A DNA stretch of 64,000 nucleotides from a virus (taxonomy: Duplodnaviria; Heunggongvirae; Uroviricota; Caudoviricetes), in IMG/VR virus record IMGVR_UViG_3300031992_004563, positions 64,001-128,000 of that record. The stretch is one strand, 5' to 3'. Below, piece by piece: positions 1-8,319 of the stretch (within the stretch, counting starts at the first letter, position 1; every line of letters starts with the position of its first letter). The notes below the pieces were generated by a model, which was not told the origin of the DNA, made no database searches, and saw only the letters and a program-made list of their open reading frames with translations. The position numbers and the translations under genes were made by a program.

Positions 1-114
1 AGTAAGAAGATGCAAATTCCGAACAGTGGCTTGGGGAAATATAATTGCATGTTTATTTCCCTATAATCCAATAGTTGAGAAAACAACTTAAATAAATCAA
101 AGTAAATTTACTTC

Positions 115-196
115 AGCGAGATAGTTTAATATTTGCTACCAGAATACTGTGCACATGACACAGTGGATGTCAGTTGAAGTCTGGCTCTCGCAACCA
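115..196 (+). tRNA. Atypical tRNA-Met(CAT)-like RNA with encoded CCA
   Basis: GCGAGA/TCTCGC acceptor with 1:72 mismatch and ACCA end; CTGTG-CACATGA-CACAG anticodon arm with A33 instead of U33; T-arm GTCAG-TTGAAGT-CTGGC. Confidence 0.6.
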
Positions 197-584
197 ATAG
201 TTGATGTAAACAACTTTAAAAACCAATATTAAACCACGAAAAAGACTAGAGTTACAGCGATTTCCAGTAGCCGAGGACGAAGCCGTGTGGGTCACCATTG
301 AAATCAAGACCTCTTCTAGTGAGAAGGGTGACATTACTCTCTGGAATTTACGAGTAATGGGATGGGCCAAAAACAACACTATGTGGTTTATACTTATAGT
401 TGAAGGAAAACAACTTTAAAAAAGACAATAACCTATGAATAATTAGGTGCGTTAAACCAGCTACACAAATGCTGTATGTGATAGTGATAAAATGCAGCCA
501 TGGAGGCTAACAAAAAGATTGCAAGCTTTTTGAATGCATTAATAACTTCCATGATTAAATAGTTGAAGGACATACAACTTTAAA

Positions 585-671
585 AACCCGTTGGTGTTTC
601 AGCGGATACAAACACACAAAGGGAGCGTCGGCCGAGTCCACAGAGGGTTGAACCCGTAGACCCTCAAACTT
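585..671 (+). ncRNA. Structured RNA, paralog 1
   Basis: Shares AACCCGTTG..ACAAAG..GAGRGTTGA..TAGACYCTCAAACTT layout with 882-1007. Confidence 0.55.
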
Positions 672-881
672 ATAGTTGAGGTACAACAACTGAAAAAACC
701 AATAAAAGTATTATAACTGAAGTTATTTTACTACGTTAACATATCCACAACCGTATATCTTGAAAAATAGTGGTGGTTCACAAAACAAATGTTTATCATT
801 CGAATAATTCATAAGTATCCATGGAAGGCTTATGATGCGGATACTGTTAATATTTTATAGTTGAGGGACAACAACTTACCA

Positions 882-1007
882 AACCCGTTGATGGCTCAGT
901 GCTGGAATATGCGAGTTGGAACCATACAAAGTGCGGTTACGTTACGAGGCACCACGAGAGTTGATTGGGTATCAGGTATTTAACCGTCGGACTAGACTCT
1001 CAAACTT
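882..1007 (+). ncRNA. Structured RNA, paralog 2
   Basis: Same layout as 585-671, with a compensatory stem change GAGGGT/ACCCTC to GAGAGT/ACTCTC. Confidence 0.55.
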
Positions 1008-1103
1008 ATAAAATATCTTATTTAAGGGCTGTCTTAAGGACACTTTGGATAGGGTGGAGAATACATAAAAAGAGTATTCGTATAAAATAAGATATTTTAA
1101 TAT

Positions 1104-1177
1104 TGCCCTGTAGCTCAATTGGCTAGAGCGTCTGATTTTGGTTCAGAAGGTTGGGGATTCGAACTCCTCCAGGGCAA
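1104..1177 (+). tRNA. tRNA-Gln(TTG)
   Basis: Cloverleaf; TCTGA-TTTTGGT-TCAGA anticodon arm. Confidence 0.85.
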
Positions 1178-1184
1178 CATAGTG

Positions 1185-1273
1185 AAATATATAGCTCAAT
1201 GATGGCGCACTAAAACATGTAGAGCACCGGCCAGTTAAGTCGGCGATATGAGGTTTGATTCCCATTATATTTT
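1185..1273 (+). tRNA. Atypical tRNA-Asn(GTT)-like RNA
   Basis: AAATATA/TATATTT acceptor, enlarged D-loop, CCGGC-CAGTTAA-GTCGG arm with A33, weak T-arm. Confidence 0.5.
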
Positions 1274-1344
1274 GAATCGGTCACTGATATTGTCAGGAAG
1301 CAATTTCTGGCTGGGATATAAAAGTATCACACTGATAAACTATT

Positions 1345-1650
1345 TTGAAACTTATATATAAATTATATTATATTAGTAAAACTAAAGAGATAAAGAAAAA
1401 TATAGTTAGACCAAATCTGACTGAATTTAGAGAGTTATATCTTAAGTCATTGGAAGAATTTGAGTTATAGCCAATTTATAAAGATTTGATTGAACTATAT
1501 TATGAATTCAAAAAGTCTAAACTTAAGTATAGACTTTCTATAGACTAGTTTGATCTATAGTTTTCTAGTTTAAACTCATCTAAATCTAATAAGTGCATTT
1601 ATATTTTGATTCTTTTGAATTTTTGTTCTAAAAGTTATAAAATTGTATAA
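1345..1650 (+). CDS. Possible hypothetical protein (TTG start, 3 in-frame TAG)
   Basis: Open for 101 codons only under code 15; no homology recognised. Confidence 0.3.
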
Positions 1651-1753
1651 ATGTTAATAGTTTAAATACCTAATAAACAATATTGCATAAGGATGTTCCT
1701 ATTTTATAATCACAAAGTTTGATTGCAGTTCATACTCCTCGCAATATTTAAAT

Positions 1754-1826
1754 TGGGAGATCAGCTAATCGGTTAGGCTTCATCTCTGATAAGGATGCCA
1801 TCCGGGTTCAAGTCCCGGTCTCCCAA
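1754..1826 (+). tRNA. tRNA-Ile(GAT)
   Basis: TGGGAGA/TCTCCCA acceptor; CATCT-CTGATAA-GGATG; GGTTCAAGTCC T-arm. Confidence 0.85.
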
Positions 1827-1870
1827 CAAATGAAACAATTTAATATATTTGTAATATAATATATAAATAA

Positions 1871-1945
1871 CGGGTAGTAGTTCAGTCCGGTTAGAATGCT
1901 GCATTTGGGATGCAGAGGTCGTGAGTTCGAATCTCGCCTACCCGA
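1871..1945 (+). tRNA. tRNA-Pro(TGG)
   Basis: Cloverleaf; CTGCA-TTTGGGA-TGCAG. Confidence 0.93.
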
Positions 1946-2532
1946 CAAAATAATAATTAAAAATATTGTTTAATGCATTTGGGCGAGAAGCATTGAACGA
2001 TTGATGCTCATCCTGAACAATGGTTTGACTCCAATACGTCCATGCTAAACGGCAATATAAAATAAGGATTTATTATTAAATAATAGAAAATAATAATTCA
2101 ATGTCTCTCATGTTAGGCGATCAGGTACAGAGACGGATGATTATAGATAGTATAATTTGTTAATTAAAAAGTCGGTGCAAATCCGGCGTAAAATTTAAAA
2201 AATAATTTAATTTTTGCACATAGTATTAAATTATAATTTGTTGTTAAATAAAAGTGCAATATAAAAATTAAATTATAATACATAAATTTTAAATAGATTT
2301 AAATGAAATTGAATTATTATTTAAATTTCCAAGTAAATTTAAAAATCGCTAATATGCTCGGATAGGTATAAGCATACATTAATTCGATGGCCAAATGATT
2401 AATTATGAGTTGGTGGGTGATTATATTGAAAATTGCATATTGAAAAGGAGCAAATTTAATAGAGAAATATTATAATTATTTGTTTAATTATAATAGAGTA
2501 GCTCGCAACAATTATTTTCCGAATTTTTAAAT

Positions 2533-2675
2533 GGCCCATTCGTCTATCGGCTAGGACGCCAGATTTACGTTGGAAAGAAAACCATACTATTAAAAACTCC
2601 AGTTTGGAATATAATATTTGATTATATTATATTTCACTCATTCTGGAAAGAGCAGTTCGATTCTGCTATGGGCTA
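2533..2675 (+). tRNA. tRNA-Glu with 71-nt insertion in the anticodon loop (CTC or TTC)
   Basis: 5' half GGCCCAT..CCAGATT and 3' half (C)TCATTCTGG..ATGGGCTA flank an insert at about 2566-2637; the anticodon arm matches the neighbouring intact tRNA-Glu. Confidence 0.85.
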
Positions 2676-2699
2676 CTTTACAATTAAAATTAAAAATAT

Positions 2700-2778
2700 G
2701 GATCATTCGAATATCGGTTAGTTCGCCAGATTTTCATTCTGGAAAGGTTTTAGGGTTCGACTCCCACATGATCTACCA
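2700..2778 (+). tRNA. tRNA-Glu(TTC)
   Basis: CCAGA-TTTTCAT-TCTGG; encoded CCA; imperfect T-stem. Confidence 0.8.
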
Positions 2779-2897
2779 AATTAAACTTGCAATCCAACGA
2801 TTACTATATGTAAGTTCGGGATTTGGATGGGCACTACCAAACGGACCGAGAACCGCGTGCATTCGAGATTGGTGACGGTGTGGAGAGACACACTCTT

Positions 2898-2972
2898 GGT
2901 CCGGTAGCTCAGTGGTGTAGTAGCAGGACACTCATAATGTCAAGGTCGGGGGTTCAAATCCCTCTCGGACCA
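2898..2972 (+). tRNA. tRNA-Met/Ile2(CAT)
   Basis: Cloverleaf; GACA-CTCATAA-TGTC. Confidence 0.85.
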
Positions 2973-3309
2973 CGTGAAAAACCGTAGTGTATACTTTATA
3001 TGTTTCACCAAAATGCGGTAACCTCCATATGCCGGCAAACATAAAATATGGCAAGGACAAAGTGAAAACGTATTTTCAGAAAAAAGTTGAAATTATATAC
3101 TGAATGTAATAGAGTCTGGTCATGGCCTGACATTTTGTAGGAGAGTTAACTATTCTGCAAGGTCATATGGAATCAACCCAGTGAAAGACTACGTATATAT
3201 CTCATGAGATTTCAACTTCATTATGGTGCTCTTCTAGAGAGCATGCGGGACAGCGACGTGGCAACCGCAGTGGAAGATTCTCTTCTCCAATAAATACTAG
3301 GCGTCTCCA

Positions 3310-3341
3310 ATAGTTGAAATATGGATAACAACTATAAAACC
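3310..3341 (+). repeat. Seventh copy of the ATAGTTGA..CAACT hairpin motif
   Basis: ATAGTTGAAATATGGATAACAACTATAAAACC, directly after TCTCCA and just before a tRNA-Met. Confidence 0.75.
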
Positions 3342-3350
3342 ATATAATAT

Positions 3351-3422
3351 AGCGGGGTAGAGCAGTGGTAGCTCGTCAGGCTCATAACCTGAAGGCCGGG
3401 GGTTCGAATCCCTCCCCCGCAA
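3351..3422 (+). tRNA. tRNA-Met(CAT), initiator-like
   Basis: 1:72 mismatch, GCGGGG/CCCCGC acceptor, TCAGG-CTCATAA-CCTGA. Confidence 0.9.
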
Positions 3423-3529
3423 CAGAGGCCCATGTCTGAAATGGCTTGCAGGTTCGAGTCCTGTCTTTGGTGTTTCATCATTTTATGGTGTTCCTACCGA
3501 GGTGGCGAAAGTGGTAAACGCGTGGGTAA
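3423..3529 (+). tRNA. Circularly permuted tRNA-Leu-type gene (3' half 3423-3472, 5' half 3496-3529)
   Basis: Long variable arm, GGTTCGAGTCC T-arm and CTTTGGT come before ACCGAGG-TGGCGAAAGTGGTAAACGCG; acceptor strands and TGGGT/GCCCA anticodon stem pair across the halves. Confidence 0.75.
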
Positions 3530-3736
3530 GATTGTTGTTGGCTATAACAACATTAAACAAATATAGCAACTTTAACTAATATATTATGTTAGACACTAAT
3601 TATATTCCTTAAATGAAAAGTAAAGTATTGAGTAATAGAATACATGAGGGTTCGTACCCTGGAGTAGAAATCGACCAAGAAATGCATATAATTATATGGG
3701 TGCAACTCCCATAATAATATTTTAGTTAATCATATT

Positions 3737-3811
3737 GGTATCATCGTTCAACGGCTAGGATGCAACACTGTCACTGTTGTGATGCGGGTTCGATTCCCGC
3801 TGGTACCGCCA
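3737..3811 (+). tRNA. tRNA-Asp(GTC)
   Basis: CAACA-CTGTCAC-TGTTG; encoded CCA. Confidence 0.93.
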
Positions 3812-3848
3812 ATTTAGGTTAAGTCCAAAGATATCCAGGTAGTTTGTA

Positions 3849-4121
3849 AGGATTAAAGAATAGAACTTTAAACACTTCGCTAATATGCTTTTGAGGGAGC
3901 ACATGGAATATCGAATTGTTACCGGCGTAACATGAACCGGGAGTCGTAAGGAACATAGTCCGAAGTCAACAAAATGAGAATTTGATGCGTAAGCCAGGTG
4001 TGCGACGAACTGGACATCGCCTCTCAATAACGCAAACTGGACAAGTGTAACCAGATAGCTGTCGTATATTAGTCTATTCAATGGTATACGTCTCAGAGCA
4101 CTTCGGCGGACCTCTAATCCT
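3849..4121 (+). ncRNA. Candidate ~270-nt structured RNA
   Basis: GC-enriched, non-coding, closed by AGGATTA/TAATCCT. Confidence 0.4.
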
Positions 4122-4554
4122 AAATTTTTAATTTAAACATAAATTTGTAAATCAAATCCTGGGTTAATCGCCGGGTTGACGGTTCGGAAAAAAGACGAAC
4201 TAGGCATGCAATACTGCTAAGAGAAACTTTTTGTATTGCGCGGACTTTGGTGGTTGAAGCGCAGAATGCAGATATTGATTAACTGAAAACCATCTTTTGG
4301 ATATATGTTATTGGTTTAACATATATTCACTCTAAAGCAACACGCATTATCAATTAAGTAGGTTGCTCCATATTAAGTGAAAGTAATAGTTGACTACTAT
4401 ATGATAACTTAAAGAAGAGTTGAAGTGGTACATAGACTAATTAGGGCTAAATAAATTGGTTGACGAGATAAAATGGGAACTAGTCATTCCCATTCTCGAA
4501 AAAGTTAATTCTTTAAGAATTTTTGGAAAACTTTAAAAACGAAAAATTCACCGA

Positions 4555-4629
4555 GGGCCCTTCATATAGTCTGGTTTAGTATGTCAGCTCTGCAAGCTGA
4601 TCACGCCGGTTCGAATCCGGCAGGGTCCA
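4555..4629 (+). tRNA. tRNA-Ala(TGC)
   Basis: G3:U70 pair in GGGCCCT/AGGGTCC; loop TCTGCAA (C33). Confidence 0.75.
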
Positions 4630-5376
4630 CTGATTTTCAATAAGTAACAGAAACGAGGTTGAGGTATAGATGATGGGAAAATATGACAGAGACTAAACAG
4701 AGACGACTTATTGAAACAACACTATAATATCTAATATTCAGTGGGGAGTAGGCTTGACCGAAATTAAAACATCTGACCCATGTTGGTAGTTAGATATTTG
4801 AAATAACGTACGAAAAAGATGAAACAAACTCCACCGTTTCATACATTGGGAGATGATCTTTTGGTGTTGTGGAAGCCTGCAATGGTGTAAGAAAATCGCA
4901 ATGGTTTATCCATATTATAACGTGTAATATGGGATTTAAATTCCACCAATTTTTGAATTATAATTAAATGCGTAGAACGATCAATAAAATGCGACATACG
5001 AAAGTCACATGGGATAAATGGAATTTGCTATTATACCGCAATTCATAAGTATGTTCACTGTGGAGAATCGGGAATCAGTGGTTTAATTATTTACACTTGG
5101 AGATTACGTATCAATATAGGTGTGTATATTTTAAAAGTGACGGTCGGGGTGAAAATCCAAGCGAGTTTAAACGGGAAGGAAGAGAGAAAATTTATCAAGT
5201 CATATGCTCCTGATAAATATACGGCTTTTAAAATAAATTATATCCTGTATGGGTTCTATACACCGAGCACTTATAATCCTCGTCATTATATACTGCTCGT
5301 TAAAATTATTTGGTTTATAGCACTAGTCTTGATTTTTCTTAAATAAATATAATATAAAATACATTTATTAGTTAAT

Positions 5377-6093
5377 ATGTTATATTGTAAATATTGTGGC
5401 AAAGAATGTAAAAATTTAAATTCATTAAGACAGCATGAGATTAGGTGTAAACAAAATCCTAATAGAATTAAAATGGATTTATCAAAATGGAAGTGCCCAC
5501 CAGAAAAAAGAAAATTAGGAACAAAAAATAAAGTTGCTTTAACTAATGGAAATAAAAACAAATATCTATTTCCTAATGAAGCAGAAGAATTTTTACAAAA
5601 TAATTTAGATTGGCATAAAGGATTTACAATTATAAATCATGGTCCAAATTTAGGAATTGCATCCACTCCTGAAAAAGAGGCTGAGAGAAAAAGAAAAATT
5701 TCAGAAACAATGAAGAAAAATCCATTAGCTGGTGGTAGAAGAATAGGTAGTGGACGAGGAAAACAAGGATGGTATAAAGGAATTTATTGTGATAGTTCTT
5801 GGGAACTTGCATTTTTGGTATATTATTTAGATCATAATAAAAATATAAAGAGATGTGAAGAACGAAGAGAATATATTTTTAATAATGAAAAACATACTTA
5901 TATTCCTGATTTTATAACAGATGATGGTATTATAGAAATAAAGGGATATAAAACACAACAATGGAAATCCAAATTAGAACAAAATCCTGATATAAAAGTT
6001 TTATATGAAGATGATATTAAACCATATTTAGATTATGCAACATCATTATATGGCCAGTATTATTGGGAAGTTCTATATGAAAATAAAAAATAA
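5377..6093 (+). CDS. Free-standing homing-endonuclease-like protein (Zn finger, NUMOD3-like, PD-(D/E)XK)
   Basis: CKYC..HEIRC, KRKISETMK, DSSWE, YIPDF..IEIKG motifs; located inside the tRNA array. Confidence 0.75.
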   Translation: MLYCKYCGKECKNLNSLRQHEIRCKQNPNRIKMDLSKWKCPPEKRKLGTKNKVALTNGNKNKYLFPNEAEEFLQNNLDWHKGFTIINHGPNLGIASTPEKEAERKRKISETMKKNPLAGGRRIGSGRGKQGWYKGIYCDSSWELAFLVYYLDHNKNIKRCEERREYIFNNEKHTYIPDFITDDGIIEIKGYKTQQWKSKLEQNPDIKVLYEDDIKPYLDYATSLYGQYYWEVLYENKK

Positions 6094-6097
6094 GTTT

Positions 6098-6182
6098 GGA
6101 GGCATGCCGAAGTGGTCATAACGGCACTGACTTGAAATCAGCTGTGGCTCACGCCCCGGGGGTTCGAATCCCTCTGCCTCCG
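6098..6182 (+). tRNA. tRNA-Ser(TGA)
   Basis: Long variable arm; CTGA-CTTGAAA-TCAG. Confidence 0.92.
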
Positions 6183-6311
6183 CCGTTAAATATAAACCTG
6201 CATAGTAAAGTTCCTATTATAGGTTCGATTCCTAAAATTACTGGATGGTTATTACTTTCCGCGGGTTTAACTTATAATAAAATGCATAAAGTTGTTCCTA
6301 TTTAGTTTATT

Positions 6312-6399
6312 GAAAAGCAGGAAGTCGGGGGTTCGAGTCCCTCTCTCCACACAAATAATATAAAATGTGGAGATAACTCAGATGGTAGAGTGCCCGCCT
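6312..6399 (+). tRNA. Circularly permuted tRNA-Phe(GAA) (3' half 6312-6351, 5' half 6367-6399)
   Basis: GAAAAGCAGG..GGTTCGAGTCC..TCTCCACA precedes GTGGAGATAACTCAGATGGTAGAGTGCCCGCCT; joining gives a perfect GTGGAGA/TCTCCAC acceptor and loop CT-GAA-AA. Confidence 0.85.
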
Positions 6400-6459
6400 A
6401 AACATACACTTCGCGTTTTATCCCCCTTATAATAGTTTGAACATTGCTATTTAAATAAT

Positions 6460-6643
6460 GTTACGCCTTACCCGGTTTAAGTTGAAAGAGTGCCCGGGCT
6501 GTAGATCTAAAAGCCAAAAGCTAATCTATAAAAAACTTATCGCTCCATTTGCACTTGGAAGGTTGAGTGCAATTTTTAATATATCATTACTGAGGTGGAT
6601 AGGAGAAGCATATAAAACCCGAATCCTGAGGAAATGGCGTAAC
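6460..6643 (+). ncRNA. Candidate structured RNA
   Basis: Closed by GTTACGCC/GGCGTAAC; internal hairpin TTGCACTT..GAGTGCAA. Confidence 0.4.
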
Positions 6644-6995
6644 GACAAAAAGTTAGAAGGGCCGAAGAAACCGTCGTTGCTTGATATACGGTGTGGAAAG
6701 GCGTGGTAAGTAATGATTATTTTTATAATTCTCAAACCTTGTGGGTGCCAGAAAACACCACATGCAGAAAGTATTTAATATTGCTAGCGATTAAAGAAAT
6801 TTGGTTCGTTATTGAGAATTTTTTCTTTAATAAACATTATCGAATCCATTTAAGTAATATTCGATATAACTGAGAATAATTACATTAATATTAAATGGCG
6901 TTGCTACTCATCTGGTATGGAGGCATACTGAGTACCTTGGTCTATTACGAGAAGATAGGCCGGTGTTTAAATTTAAGATAATGTTTATTTTTAAT

Positions 6996-7078
6996 GGGAG
7001 AGTTCCTAATGCGGTAATTAGGACCAGACTGTAAATCTGGCGGCTTAGCCTTCGGGGGTTCGAATCCCTCCTCTCCCA
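6996..7078 (+). tRNA. tRNA-Tyr(GTA)
   Basis: CCAGA-CTGTAAA-TCTGG; long variable arm. Confidence 0.92.
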
Positions 7079-7099
7079 CAGTTTTTAATAAACTTATAT

Positions 7100-7174
7100 G
7101 GTGTCCGTAGCTCAATTGGTAGAGTGCTGGATTGTGGTTCCAGTGGTTCTCGGATCATACCCGAGCGGGCACCC
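7100..7174 (+). tRNA. tRNA-His(GTG)
   Basis: G-1; CTGGA-TTGTGGT-TCCAG. Confidence 0.9.
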
Positions 7175-7307
7175 CTACTTAGGATGTACACCAGGCAGAC
7201 TGTTGAGTCATATAAACAGTATAATCCTATTTTGAATGTTGGTTTTAGAGTGAGGGGTTCTGAAAGACTTAAAGAGAACTCACCTACTGGATGCATACAG
7301 TGATTAT

Positions 7308-7375
7308 CGCCACGGGAATCGTAGTTGATTTTTAGAGCCCTTAGCTAAGGTGTCGGAGCGTTACCGGCCGTGGTG
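7308..7375 (+). ncRNA. Anticodon-less tRNA-like RNA
   Basis: CGCCACG/CGTGGTG acceptor and T-arm GTCGG-AGCGTTA-CCGGC; anticodon arm replaced by CCTT-AGCT-AAGG. Confidence 0.5.
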
Positions 7376-7387
7376 TCAAAATTACAT

Positions 7388-7469
7388 GGGCTTATGGCGT
7401 AATAGCGAGCCGCGCCAGACTTAGGATCTGGTTCCGAAAGGAGTAAGGGTTGGAGTCCCTTTAAGCCCA
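7388..7469 (+). tRNA. tRNA-Leu(TAG)
   Basis: CCAGA-CTTAGGA-TCTGG; long variable arm. Confidence 0.9.
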
Positions 7470-7483
7470 CATTTAAAAAGAAT

Positions 7484-7677
7484 AATCATTCGATATTTTT
7501 ATGATGTTATATTAAGGGTTCAAATCCCAATTGGGGGCTTGTCGACGAACAAGATATGTATCTTATATAGCTATACTCAAAGTCCCTCGCATTTTTCGAG
7601 TGTTATATAAGTAAGGTCGGACATTATAAAGAAATTGTTAAAACCGTGGAGAGGTGCACATCAAAACGTGAATGATT
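7484..7677 (+). ncRNA. Candidate structured RNA with a T-loop-like hairpin
   Basis: Closed by AATCATTC/GAATGATT; contains GGGTTCAAATCCC. Confidence 0.35.
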
Positions 7678-7680
7678 AAT

Positions 7681-7756
7681 GGTCCTTTAGCTCAGCTGGT
7701 ATTAGAGCACTTGGCTTACATCCAAGGGGTCGTAGGTTCGAATCCTACAGGGACCA
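7681..7756 (+). tRNA. tRNA-Val(TAC)
   Basis: CTTGG-CTTACAT-CCAAG. Confidence 0.93.
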
Positions 7757-7850
7757 CAATAAGAATAAGAAAAAATAAAGGATTCCAAACAGTTATTCAA
7801 AGTATCTTTTCTTTTTATGTTGTTTTTCTTGGTTCTAACTTTGAATATTT

Positions 7851-7921
7851 GCAGGTATAGCACAACAGTCGTGCACCAGTTTGCCATACTGGGGATCCCG
7901 GGGCAGCACCGGGTATCTGCT
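7851..7921 (+). tRNA. tRNA-Gly(GCC)
   Basis: CCAGT-TTGCCAT-ACTGG; atypical T-loop. Confidence 0.8.
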
Positions 7922-8035
7922 CAACATTGCAGGTTCTTATTAGAATGAAAGTCTGGAAAATCCAGTGCTAATAAGGTGAAATTAAAATTGTAAGAGACTG
8001 CAAAGGGGTTGAATAATGTGGTCAACCCATAAAAA

Positions 8036-8111
8036 CTAGGTGTAGAGGAGCCCGGTTTATCTCGCGTGAATTGGAATCACGAGCACGCAGGTTCGAATCC
8101 TGCCATCTAGA
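8036..8111 (+). tRNA. tRNA-Pro(TGG), second copy
   Basis: CGTGA-ATTGGAA-TCACG; CTAGGTG/CATCTAG acceptor. Confidence 0.85.
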
Positions 8112-8114
8112 CTT

Positions 8115-8319
8115 CGCGAATTAGTGTAATATGTGCCCGTAAAATTTCAGATGTACGGTTAACACAACGGCCAATGTTAATTAGTCTGAATGGTGTTCCT
8201 TTAGTATGAAATGTATATACAATGTACAGTGTGTATACAAAGTAAGAAACAGGTTGGGAGGATCAGAGCACGGCACCCGGAGATGGTGTTAGTTACGTGG
8301 AAGTCGTAGTTCGCAACCA
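8115..8319 (+). ncRNA. Enlarged tRNA-like RNA ending in ACCA
   Basis: C-GCGAAT/GTTCGC-A-ACCA acceptor, D-stem GTGT/ACAC, T-arm TACG-TGGAAGT-CGTA; about 125 nt in place of the anticodon arm. Confidence 0.5.

Larger units (their letters stand above)
71..885 (+). repeat. Six copies of a hairpin motif ATAGTTGA-N(4-8)-CAACT-(T/A-rich)-AAACC separating structured segments
   Basis: Copies start at 71, 197, 396, 559, 672 and 857; the AGTTG/CAACT stem is invariant and the loop variable; spacing is 113-199 nt. Confidence 0.85.

Noticed and set aside
71-885. CRISPR array
   Set aside because: Repeats have variable loops, spacers are long, uneven and self-structured, and no cas genes are in the window
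2566-2637. Group I intron
   Set aside because: Too short, no P/Q/R/S core and no terminal G
4555-4629. tRNA-Cys(GCA)
   Set aside because: The 7-nt loop centres on TGC and the G3:U70 pair indicates Ala
6194-6268. Third permuted tRNA
   Set aside because: It has a T-arm and a D-loop-like string, but I could not build acceptor and anticodon stems
7388-7469. Amber suppressor tRNA
   Set aside because: Anticodon TAG reads CUA (Leu); a suppressor would need anticodon CTA
8115-8319. tmRNA
   Set aside because: No G3:U70 Ala acceptor and no recognisable tag reading frame
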